Assembly: GCA_903813345.2 (NCBI GenBank)
Contig: CAIIXF020000001.1
Span: forward strand, 33,976,001-34,040,000
DNA from: Owenia fusiformis
Lineage: Eukaryota
DNA length: 64,000 nucleotides
Direction: 5' to 3'
The position numbers were made by a program, and so were the translations under genes. The notes below the pieces were generated by a model that worked only from the letters and a program-made list of their open reading frames with translations, searched no databases and was not told where the DNA came from. Positions 25,293 to 36,214 of this stretch are shown here, one piece after another (position 1 is the first letter of the stretch; every line of letters starts with the position of its first letter).

Positions 25293-26613
25293 GGCGGGAG
25301 GGTGCAAAGTACTTTCTTGATCATTAAAAATAAATACCATTGTCACAGAAACTCTGCATTTTATGTAAATCCATTGAATATTTATCTACATGCTCGAAGT
25401 TAAAAGATCAGATTATTTATAACACTTGATCCAAATCTATTTGATATTCAAAATCTAAGTAAACCTCTCTTTTTGAAGAACCAACTATCTATAATATTAC
25501 TCAGATTGGATTAATCAATATTCTCATACTCTCTCTAGTTTGTATGAATGAATGACCCTAAACATCATGTAAAAGACTTCTCAGAAAATGTGCCCAATAT
25601 TACTCTAAATCATACATGTCATAGGAGCTTTGAAATTTTGAAAAGTTGTCTGAAACAAAAATTGTGATCATAAAAAGAGAATGGATTGCTTTCTAGAGCA
25701 GTTTTCTCATTTTTTCTATTTTTAGGAATGAATTCAAATTTTCAAAAGCTTCTATAATTTCAAATAATATATTTGGCACACCTTCTCAAAAATGCAATAG
25801 ATTCTGTATGGTGACCTTTCTAAAAGTCCAACTTTTAACTGTTTTTGAGTCACATTTTCTGAGTCACACTCCTCTGTGTATACTTTCTCCAGTATGTATG
25901 AATCGAAACTAGGTTAATTCCCCATGTGCCTAAACCAATATTTTATTGTTTTATTTACTTTCTGTGTATGTGTGTATGGACTACTATTTATATTTTTCCA
26001 GTGTTTATATGAAACAATAAATTTTAACTGTGTGTATTGACAAATATCATATACTTTCTCCAGTGTGTATGGGCAAATATTATGTACTTTCACTAGTTAT
26101 TTAACCAATACTCTGTACGTTCATACACACTGGAGAAAGTACATAGTATTTGTTCATACAAAATGTGTGTTCATAAACAATGGAGTACATGATATTTGTT
26201 CATACATACTGGAGAAAGTATATACACATGCGTGTTGGTTCATATACATGTCCATACTGGAGAAAGAGCGTAATGTCTCTTCATACACATTATAGATATT
26301 GTAGTACATTAAATTCGTTCATACTCACTGGTTTAGGTACATTTTATTCGTTCTGACACATTGATTAATCAACAAAATATTGAAAACACGGAAGGGAATG
26401 AACAACGTTTTGATTCATGCACAATGGAGAAAGTACAAATCATTTGCTTATGCATGTTGGAGAATGGACACAAAATATTTGTTCATACAAGCAGGAGAAA
26501 GTACAAAAAATGTGTTCATTGAAAGTGGAGAACCCAGATTATATACTTTCTCCAGTTTGTATGAACAAATTCATCAATGTGTTTCATGCAACACATTTTA
26601 ATTTGTAATTTAA

Positions 26614-27358
26614 GGTGCAATGTAAGTTAACAGAAATGACAAAACAAAAAATGTCAAAACCATGCTGGATTCTGAAATTTTTTTGAACCAAGATAACAGA
26701 GTTCTGTTTGGACCTCCAGTCAGTTTAACTAGTTCAACATATCATTTACATGACCGGGAACACAAGGAAAATGGTCAGAATGACCATAAACATGATGAAA
26801 TAACCTTTTCAGCCCTCTGAAAATGTGACTGAAAAATAAAAGTAGGTGCTCAGGAAAGGTCAATGAACAGAATCTCTTGATTTTTTTCAGAAAATGTGTC
26901 TAATATATTGCTCTAAATGATACAGTCTTGGAAATTTTAAAAAATTGTCTGAAACAATAATTGCTGTAGTTAAAAGGAAAATAGATCGATTTTAAATTCA
27001 GTTTTTTTCTTTTTTTCTGAGAATGATATGAATTTATTTAAATTGTATCATTTAGAGTAATATATTGGGCACATTTTCTGAAAAAGTCAAAAGATTCTCT
27101 TCAGTGACCTTTCCTGAGCACCTACTCTTAGCTATTTTTCAGTCACATTTTCAGAGGGCTGAAAAGGTTATTTCATCATGTTTATGGTCATTCTGACCAT
27201 TTTCCTTGTGTTCCCAGTCATGTAAATGATATGTGGAACTAATTAAACTGACTGGAGGTCCAAACAGAACTCTGTTATCTTGATTCAAAAAATTTTCAAA
27301 ATCCAGCATGGTTTTGACATTTTTTGTTTTGTCATTTCCTGTTAACTTCCATAGCACC
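26614..27358. mobile_element. Palindromic MITE with TTAA TSD (Kolobok-like) inside A1
   Basis: TTAA|GGTGCAATGTAAGTTAACAG...CTGTTAACTTCCATAGCACC|TTAA; near whole-length inverted repeat. Confidence 0.88.
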
Positions 27359-27793
27359 TTAATTTGTATTTCCAAGTAAGATTTTTTAGAATTGTGCCTG
27401 TTTGTGAAATTTAGTCAATAAACTAACCATAAATGTCTGCAATAATAGAAAAATCAATAGTGATTTTTGGGCATTTTGGTAAAGCCTTTGGTTTGTAATG
27501 GGAAGATTGTCTTTATCACTAGAACTGTTCTGCATGGGGTCTTTTGCACAATTGATAAATTATATACTATACTAATACATTACGATATAGATTTGCAATG
27601 TCTAGGTTTTATTCAAGTAACTGACTCCACTGAGTGTGTATTCAAATGTTGTGCTTATAAAATGTATCGACCCCTATACTACCTATATACCTTTTGAATG
27701 AAAATAAACTCTTCCAAAAGTGATAGGACCTTAGTGCACCCATGCCATGGTAAGGACCTTAGGTTGGCATGCCAAATTTGTAAAATCTCTATT

Positions 27794-28952
27794 AGTATAA
27801 AGAATGCATGCGTTGTTAACGGGTGTGTAGGCGTTAATTACGCTCGTGTAATACAGGGTGTTCAAAAAAAAATGCAACCCAAAGAAATCGCTATATCTTG
27901 GAAAATACTAGTCCAATTGTGTTCATTTTTTCAGGAAAGAAAGAAGAGACTGTGTATGTATAGCTCATGTTGTTAGTTAGTTGAAAATCATGATGCCTTG
28001 GACAAATGCTCAAAAGACATTAGTATTGGAAAGATACGAAAAACGCAGTCAGAGACTACTGCCGCAGCAATAAAACCAAATAACTTTCTAACCATAGTGT
28101 TTTGGCTATTCAAATTTGGCACAAATCATCTTCATTCAATGTATGATAAATCTGTAGAGTGAAATCAAAATCACTCCAGGGACTTTACAGTTTTGGTCGA
28201 AATGCTTTCAAAACCCAGTCAAACACCCTGGTTCAGCCAGACTTAAGAAGGCATTCTGACCATGACTGTAAAGTCCCTGAAGTGATTTTAATGAAACTCC
28301 CCCAATTCACTACACATTATATGAAGATAATTTGTGGTGAATCTGAAGTGCCAAAACACCATGGTTAGAAAGTTATTAGGGTTTATTGCTCTGGCAGTCA
28401 CCTCTGGTTGCGTTTTTCGTATCTTTCCAATACTTATGTCTTTTGAGAAGGTGTCCAAAACATCATGTTTTACAACTAACTAACAGCAGGAGCTATACAC
28501 ACATAGTCTCTTCTTTCTTTCCTGAAAAAATGAACACAATTGGATAAGTATTTTCCAAGATATAGCGATTTCTTTGGGTTGCGTTTTTTTTTGAACACCC
28601 TGTACATCTGCAAGTATCTCGGAGTTGCTCTTCTAGCAAGGATGCATTAAATCATCATGTAAGTAAGGTTCTGATTGGTTCATAATTTACGGCGCTAAAA
28701 ATAAACTCCACGGGCGTGAAGATGTTTCTCAGCGCGTGTAAAATAACAGTCTTAACGCCCGTAATTAATAATTTTAACGCCGTAAGTTCACGCCTGTAAA
28801 TGTATTCTGAACGCCCGTAGAATTTACTTCTTCACGGGCGTAATTTACGCCTACACAGGCGTAATTTTTCGTCAGCACGGGCGTAATTTTACATCTACAC
28901 GAGCGTAATTAACGCCTACACACCCGTAAACAACGCATGCATTCTTTATACT
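27794..28952. mobile_element. TIR element B between A1 and A2
   Basis: ATT|AGTATAAAGAATGCATGCGTTGTT.ACGGGTGTGTAGGCG...CGCCTACACACCCGT.AACAACGCATGCATTCTTTATACT|AAT; TIR of ~55 bp. Confidence 0.9.
27854..28602. mobile_element. Foldback Tc1/mariner-type MITE nested in B
   Basis: TA|CAGGGTGTTCAAAAAAAAATGCAACCC...GGGTTGCGTTTTTTTTTGAACACCCTG|TA, with inverted arms of ~250 bp. Confidence 0.93.
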
Positions 28953-28955
28953 AAT

Positions 28956-31896
28956 AGAGATTTTACATTTTGGCATGCCATCTCCTGATACCTTGGTGAA
29001 CTAAGTCATGTGATCATTTATATCCAATCAGAATGCATTTCTGCCACATAGTGATAGCATAGTGATCCAAAGCTAAACCAAGGTGTAGGAAGGGTTTATA
29101 TCATCATATAGAAGGGGTGCACTTTTGTAATTGGCCATGGTTGACATGCATGTTTGCAAACTTAGTACTTGCATCAAGAGCTCTGACTGGCATCCTAACA
29201 AAATAAATTCACATTTGCTTCGTTGTTCAATATTGTATTGAATTTTGAACAAAATACTCAATCGGCATGGCACCGAAGTGAAAACCGGAGCAATCTGCAT
29301 TACTTGTGCACAGTGTATACCAATAGCCCATTTTCAGCATAGCAATTTCTAAGAAGGGTTTCCAAAATGCTCCATCATGGAATACCTTGACCTTCTCTTC
29401 TTACATGATAGACACAGACATGTTTCTAGATGCGATGTGTACCAGAATGAAAGCTCTGGCTTCTTCCTAACTTGGCGGGAGGGTGCAAAGTACTTTCTTG
29501 ATCATTAAAAATAAATGCCATTGTCACAGGAACTCTGCATTTTATGTAAATCCATTGAATATTTATCTGTATGCTCGAAGTTAAGTAAGTTAAGAAGATC
29601 AGATTCTTTATAACACTTGATCCAAATCTATATGATATTCAAAATCTAAGCCATCCTCTCTTTTTGAAGAACCAACTATCTATCATATTACTCAGATTTG
29701 ATTAATCAATATTCTCATACTCTCTCTAGTTTGTATGAATGAATGACCCTAAACATCATGTGAAAGACTTCTCAGAAAATGTGCCCAATATATTACTCTA
29801 AATCATACATGTCATAGGAGCTTTGAAATTTTGAAAAGTTGTCTGAAACAAAAATTGTGATCATAAAAAGAGAATGGAAATTATATTTGGCACACTTTCT
29901 CAAAAATGCAATAGATTCTGTCTGGTGACCTTTCTAATAGTCCAACTTTTAACTGTTTTTGAGTCACATTTTCTGAGTCACACTCCTCTGTGTGTATACT
30001 TTCTCCAGTATGTATGAATCGAAACTAGGTTAATTTCCCATGTGCCTAAACCGATATTTTATTGTTTTATTTACTTTCTGTGTATGTGTGTATGGACTAC
30101 TATTTACATTTTCCAGTGTTTATATGAAACAATAAATTTTAACTGTGTGTATTGACAAATATCATGTACTTTCTCCAGTGTGTATGAGCAAATATTATGT
30201 ACTTTCACTAGTTATTTAACCAATACTCTGTACGTTCATACATACTGGAGAAGGTACAAAGTATTTGTTCATGCAAAATGTGTGTTCATAAACAATGGAG
30301 TACATGATATTTGTTCATGCATACTGGAGAAAGTATATACACAGGCATGTTGGTTCATATACATGTCCATACTGGAGAAAGAGCGTAATGTCTCTTCATA
30401 CACATTATAGATATTGTAGTACATTAAATTCGTTCATACTCACTGGTTTAGGTACATTTTATTCGTTCTGACACATTGATTAATCAACAAAATATTGAAA
30501 ACACGGAAGAGAATGAATAACGTTTTGGTTCATGCACAATGGAGAAAGTACAAATCATTTGCTTATGCATGTTGGAGAATGGACACAAAATATTTCTTCA
30601 TACATGCAGGAGAAAGTACAAAAATGTGTTCATTGAAAGTGGAGAACCCAGATTATATACTTTCTCCAGTTTGTATGAACAAATTCATCAATGTGTTTCA
30701 TGCAACACATTTTAATTTGTAATTTAAGGTGATATGTAAGTTAACAGAAATGACAAAACAAAAAATGTCAAAACCATGCTGGATTCTGAAATTTTTTGAA
30801 CCAAGATAACTGAGTTCTGTTTGGACCCCCAGTCAGTTTCACTAGTTCAACATATTTACATGACAGGGAACACAAGGAAAATGGTCAGAATGACCATAAA
30901 CATGATGAAATAACCTATTCAGTCCTCTGAAAATGTGACTGAAAAATAGCTAAAAGTAGGTATTCAGGAAAGGTCAATGAACAGAATCTCTTGTTTTTTT
31001 TCAGAAAATGTGTCTAATATATTGCTCTAAATGATACAATCTTTAAAATTTTAAAAAATTGTCTGAAACAATAATTGCTGTAGTTAAAAGGAAAATAGAT
31101 CGATTTTAAATTCAGTTTTTTTTTCTTTTTCTGAGAATGATATGATTTATTTTAAATTGTATCATTTAGAGTAATATATTGGGCACATTTTCTGAAATAA
31201 TCAAAAGATTCTCTTCAGTGACCTTTCCTGAGCACCTACTCTAAGCTATTTTTCAGTCACATTTTCAGAGGGCTGAAAAGGTTATTTCATCATGTTTATG
31301 GTCATTCTGACCATTTTCCTTGTGTTCCCAGTCATGTAAATGATATGTGGAACTAACTAAACTGACTAGAGGTCCAAACAGAACTCTGTTATCTTGATTC
31401 AAAAAATTTTCAAAATCCAGCATGGTTTTGAAATTTTTTGATTTGTCATTTCCTTTTAACTTCCAAAGCACCTTAATTTGTATTTCCAAGTAAGATTTTT
31501 TAGAATTGTGCCTGTTTGTGAAATTTAGTCAATAAACTAACCATAAATGTCTGCAATAATAGAAAAATCAAAAGTGATTTTTTGGGCATTTTGGTAAAGC
31601 CTTTGGTTTGTAATGGGAAGATTGTCTTTATCACTAGAACTGTTCTGCATGGGGTCTTTTGCACAATTTATAAATTATATACTATACTAATACATTACTA
31701 TATAGATTTGCAATGTCTAGGTTTTATTCAAGTAACTGACTCCACTGAGTGTGTATTCAAATGTTGTGCTTATAAAATGTATCGACTCCTATACTACCTT
31801 TTGAATGAAAATAAACTCTTCCAAAAGTGATAGGACCTTAGTGCACCCATGCCATGGTAAGGACCTTAGGTTGGCATGCCAAAATGTAAAATCTCT
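28956..31896. mobile_element. Non-autonomous TIR element A2
   Basis: AAT|AGAGATTTTACATTTTGGCATGCCA...TGGCATGCCAAAATGTAAAATCTCT|AAT. Confidence 0.92.
30728..31472. mobile_element. Palindromic TTAA MITE inside A2 (same site as in A1)
   Basis: TTAA|GGTGATATGTAAG...CTTCCAAAGCACC|TTAA; same position as 26614-27358. Confidence 0.88.
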
Positions 31897-32093
31897 AATA
31901 GGCCAACTAACATCAAGACAACAAATACGCCCGGCGCTATTGAATTTACACGCCAATAGGATTATAAAACAAGTCAGACGTGTCGAATGGAGCATAAAGT
32001 TACATGATTTGTTGCGCGCGCATCATGTTTCACGTACAGGTACAGGTACAGGTTACTATTTGGTGCAATCTTAAGGTCTCTATTTACATGAAA

Positions 32094-32365
32094 GCACTGG
32101 TGGTTCACTGGTAGAATGCCTAGCTTGCATTCAGGCGGCTGGGGTTCGATTCCTCCAGTGCAATGTTTCCTTTTGTTTTAAAACAGACATGAAGATGTAT
32201 AACAATTCTTATAGATCATTCTTCAGCGTTTACAATAAAATCACTGGTGGTTCACTGGTAAAATGCTCACATTGCATGCAGGTGGCCAGGGTCCGATTCT
32301 GCCAGTGTTATGTTTTCTTTTATTCTAAAAATAGGCATGAAGATGTATTTCAATTTTATAGGCCA
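32094..32365 (+). pseudogene. tRNA-Gly-derived tandem array, left part (2 units)
   Basis: gcactggtggttcactggtagaatgc...ggggttcgattcctccagtgca resembles animal tRNA-Gly(GCC) GCATYGGTGGTTCAGTGGTAGAAT...GGGTTCGATTCCCGGCCRATGCA; units at 32094 and 32241. Confidence 0.85.
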
Positions 32366-33046
32366 TACACTCCCCTCCATAAGTTTGGCAGCCTTTTTTC
32401 CCCATTGAACTACGTGTTAAAGCCTCTTTACGTTTGAATTTTTATTTACTTAACCGGCGATGAAATAACTTATAATATTGATGGAAACGTAACTTGACTT
32501 TATTTCCAATACCTCCAAATTTTCTCAATTTTTTTCCTCAATTACAATAGGTCGAAAATTGATGATAAATTTGATGAAAATCGTCATTCCCATGTAATCC
32601 AATGGAGGGGCAAATCAGAAATCAGGATATCTTTTCAGTAAAAGATTCAGCAAAAATTATTTTTATATAGAAAATTGAATTGTCTAACTTTTTTGAACAC
32701 TAAGTGTTTAGTTTATTTGATGAATATTAAAGTTACAGCGCTTCAAAGTGATTTTTGAAAAAAAAATTCCGCCTCCTGTGTGATATCAATGGGAGAGGTA
32801 TTTTGAAAAACAATTTTGACTTTAAAGCCCCATAACTTTGTTGAACCTGGAGAAACATATCAATTTTTTGTTAAATAAAGTTAGCAAATTCAATTACCTG
32901 CCTAACTTGTATTTTTTGCAAGGACTCGGATGGATGGATATTCTGTCATATGACTTGCGGCAAACCTACCATTTTCCATTGGTTAACATGGGAATCTCGA
33001 TTTTCAAAAATACATCAAATTTATCATCAATTTTCGACCTATTGTA

Positions 33047-34502
33047 TGTATGTATGAATATATTTATTGCCCTTTATATAAAGGAGATACATGTATACAA
33101 ATTATGTAAATGTTAAATTGAAAATAATCACTATTTACAAACAAACTATATTGCTGTTTTTGACTGACGACGACGCCTAGCTACCGCGTAGACGCACGCC
33201 GCCGACCAAAATTGGCCTAGCACCTAATTGTAACGCAATCATAAAAAATGACTATATTTTACAAACATTCATTGTTTTGTTGTTGTTTTTGTACTGACGA
33301 CGACGCCTAGCTACCGCGTAGACGCACGCCGTAGGCCTAGATAGACCTGTTACCTAACACTCTTGAGATTAATAAAAAATGACATTATGGATCTGCGTTT
33401 TCTATAAAATTAAAAGGAAGACATACACTCCCCTCCATAAGTTTGGCAACCTTTTTTCCCCATTGAACTACGTGTTAAAGCCTCCTTACCTTTGACTTTT
33501 TATTTACTTAACCGGCGATGAAATAACTTATAATATTGATGGAAACGTAACTTGACCTTATTTCCAATACCTCCAAATTTTCTCAATTTTTTTCCTCAAT
33601 TACAATAGGTCAAAAATTGATGATAAATTTGATGAACTTTTGAAAATCGTCATTCCCATGTAATCCAATGGGAAATGGAGGGTTCGGGGAAAATCAGAAA
33701 TCAGAAAATCTTTTCAGTAAAATATTCAGCAAAAAATATTTTTATATAGAAAATTGAATTGTCTAACTTTTTAAAACATTAAGTGTTTAGTTTATTTGAT
33801 GAATATAAAAGTTACAGCGCTTCAAAGTCATTTTTGAAAATAATTTTTCGCCCCCTGTGTTATTTCAATGGGAGAGTTTTTTTGAAAAACAACTTTGACT
33901 TAAAAGCCCTATAACTTTGTTGAACATGAAGAAACATATCAATCTTTTGTTAAATAAAGTTAGCAAATTCAATTGCCTGCCTAACTCGTATTTTTTGCAA
34001 GGACTCGGATGGATGGATATTCTGTCACATGACTTGCGGCAAACCTACCATTTCCCATTGGTTAACATGGGAATGTCGATTTTCAAAAATTCATCAAATT
34101 CATCATCAATTCTCGACCTATTGTAATTGAGGAAAAAAATTGAGAAAATTTGGAGGTATTGGAATTAAAGTCAAATTACGTTTCCATCAATAGTATAAGT
34201 ATTTTCATCGCAGGTTAAGTAAATAAAATTCAAAGGTAAGAGGCTTTAACACGTAGTTCAATGAGGAAAAAAGGTTGCCAAACTTATGGAGGGGAGTGTA
34301 CATGCATCTGAACGGCTGCAATTTGTTGTTGTTGTTTTTTTGTACTGACGACGACGCCTAGCTACCGCGTAGACGCACGCCGTAGGCCTAGATAGACCTG
34401 TTACCTAACACTCTTGAGATTAATAAATAATGACATTATGGATCTGCATTTTCTATAAAGATAAAAAGGAAGACATAGCGTATCATCATACCTTCCCCAA
34501 GG
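33047..34502 (-). mobile_element. Probable retroposon 3' fragment inserted in the outer MITE
   Basis: 7-bp TSD TATTGTA (33040-33046 and 34503-34509); (TGTA)n tail and TTTATT at the left end; internal repeat gacgacgacgcctagctaccgcgtagacgcacgccg three times. Confidence 0.7.
33426..34298. mobile_element. Complete CACTCCCCTCCATAAG-family MITE (inner copy, 873 bp)
   Basis: TA|CACTCCCCTCCATAAGTTTGGCAACC...GGTTGCCAAACTTATGGAGGGGAGTG|TA. Confidence 0.96.
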
Positions 34503-34687
34503 TATTGTAAATGAGGAAAAAAATTGAGAAAATTTGGAGGTATTGGAATTAAAGTCAAATTACGTTTTCATCAACATTATAAGTATTTTCATCGCAGGTT
34601 AAGTAAATTAAAATTCAAAGGTAAAGAGTCTTTAACACGTAGTTCAATGGGGGAAAAAAGGTTGCCAAACTTATGGAGGGGAGTGTA

Positions 34688-36211
34688 CTTCTGCGTTTAC
34701 ATGAAATAACTGGTGGTTCAGTGGTAGAATGCTAGCATTGCATGTTGACTGCATGGGTTCAATTCTTCCTATGCAGTTTTGTTTGCTTTAAAAACTGACT
34801 TAAAGATGTACTACAATTTTAATAAATCATACTTCAGCGTTAACATGAAAGCACTGGTGGTACAGTGGTAGAATGACCGCCTGGCATGCCTGGCGGCTTT
34901 GATTAGATGCTACTGCAATGTTTTCTTTTTCTTTAAATAATGACATGAAAATGTATTACAATTATTATGGATCATCCTTCAGCGTTTACATGAAATCATT
35001 GGTGTTCGCTGGTAGAACGCACCCCTTGCATGCAGGCGGCTGGAGTTCGATTCTGCCAGTGCAATGTTTTTTTCTTTTAAAAAATGACTTGAAGATGTAT
35101 TACAATTTTACAGATCATACTTCAGCGATTACACGAAAGCTTTGGTGGTTCATTGGTAGAATGCTCGCCTTGCATGCAGGCGGCTTTGGTTCAATTCTGC
35201 AAGTGCAATGTTTTCTTTTGCTTAAAAACTGACTTGAAGATGTACAATTTTTTATATCATACTTTAGCGTTTACATGAAAGCACCCGTGGTTCAGTGGTA
35301 GAATGATCGCCTGGCATGCAGACGGCTGGGGTTCAATTCTGCCAGAGAATGTCTTTTTTGTTTTAAAAAACCGATATGAAGATGTTTTACAATTTTTATA
35401 GATCATCCTCCAGCGTTTGTAACGGGAAACCACTGATGGTTCACTGGTAAAATGCTCCCCTTGCATGACGGCTGATGGGATTCGATTCTGCCAGTGCAAT
35501 ATTTTCTTTTCTTTTTAAAACTGACATGAAGATGTATTACAATTTTTATAGATCATATTTGAACATTTACATGAAAGCACTGGTTGTAAGGGTTCAAATC
35601 TGCCGCTGCAATGTTTCTTCTGTTTTAAAAACTGACATGAAGATGTATTACATTTTTTATAGATAAGCTTCATCGTTTACATGAAAGCACTGGTGGCTCA
35701 GTGGTAGAATGATCGCCTTGCATGCTAACTGCTTGGGTTCGATTCTTCCAGTGAAATGTTTTGCACTGGTGCTTCACTGGTAGAATGCTCAGGTTGCATC
35801 CAGGCGGCTAGGGTTCGATTCTGCCAGTGTAGTGTTTCCGTTTGTTTTAAAAACAGACGTGAAGATGTATTTCAAGTTTATAGACCATACTTCTGCGTTT
35901 GCATGAAAGAACTGTTAGTTCAGTGGTAGAATGCTAACATTGCATGTTGACTGCATGGGTTCAACTCTTCTAATGCAATGTTTTCTTTTGTTTTAAAAAC
36001 TGACATAAAGATATATTACAATTTTTATAGATCATACATCAGCGTTTACATTAAAGCACTGGTGGTAGAATGCTCACATGGCATGCTGACTGCTTGGGTT
36101 ACATTCTTGCAGTCCAATGTCTTCTTTTGTTTCTAAAACCTGACATGAAGATATATTACAATTTTTATAGATCATACATGAACATTTATATGAAAGCACT
36201 GATGGTTCACT
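34688..36211 (+). pseudogene. tRNA-Gly-derived tandem array, right part (~12 units, ~144-bp period)
   Basis: tRNA-like heads at about 34707, 34851, 34996, 35139, 35281, 35430, 35577, 35687, 35763, 35909, 36056 and 36196, each typically followed by a T-rich tract and the spacer gacatgaagatgtattacaatttttatagatcat. Confidence 0.88.
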
Positions 36212-36214
36212 AAT

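Larger units (their letters stand above)
23385..27790. mobile_element. Non-autonomous TIR element A1 (~3-kb family) with nested insertions
   Basis: AAT|AGAGATTTTACATTTTGGCATGCCA...TGGCATGCCAAATTTGTAAAATCTCT|ATT; colinear with 28956-31896 apart from two extra inserts. Confidence 0.9.
32368..34685. mobile_element. CACTCCCCTCCATAAG-family MITE (outer copy) splitting the tRNA-like array
   Basis: ggccaTA|CACTCCCC...GGGGAGTG|TActtctgcg; the uninterrupted spacer gaccatacttctgcg is seen at ~35883. Confidence 0.92.

Noticed and set aside
26065..31830. Duplicated small ORFs as a gene family
   Set aside because: They recur only because A1 and A2 are copies of one non-coding transposon; no recognisable domains.
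32094..36211. Functional tRNA gene cluster
   Set aside because: Each unit inspected has stem mismatches or deletions (e.g. a shortened T/acceptor junction), so they are called pseudogene-like pending tRNAscan-SE.
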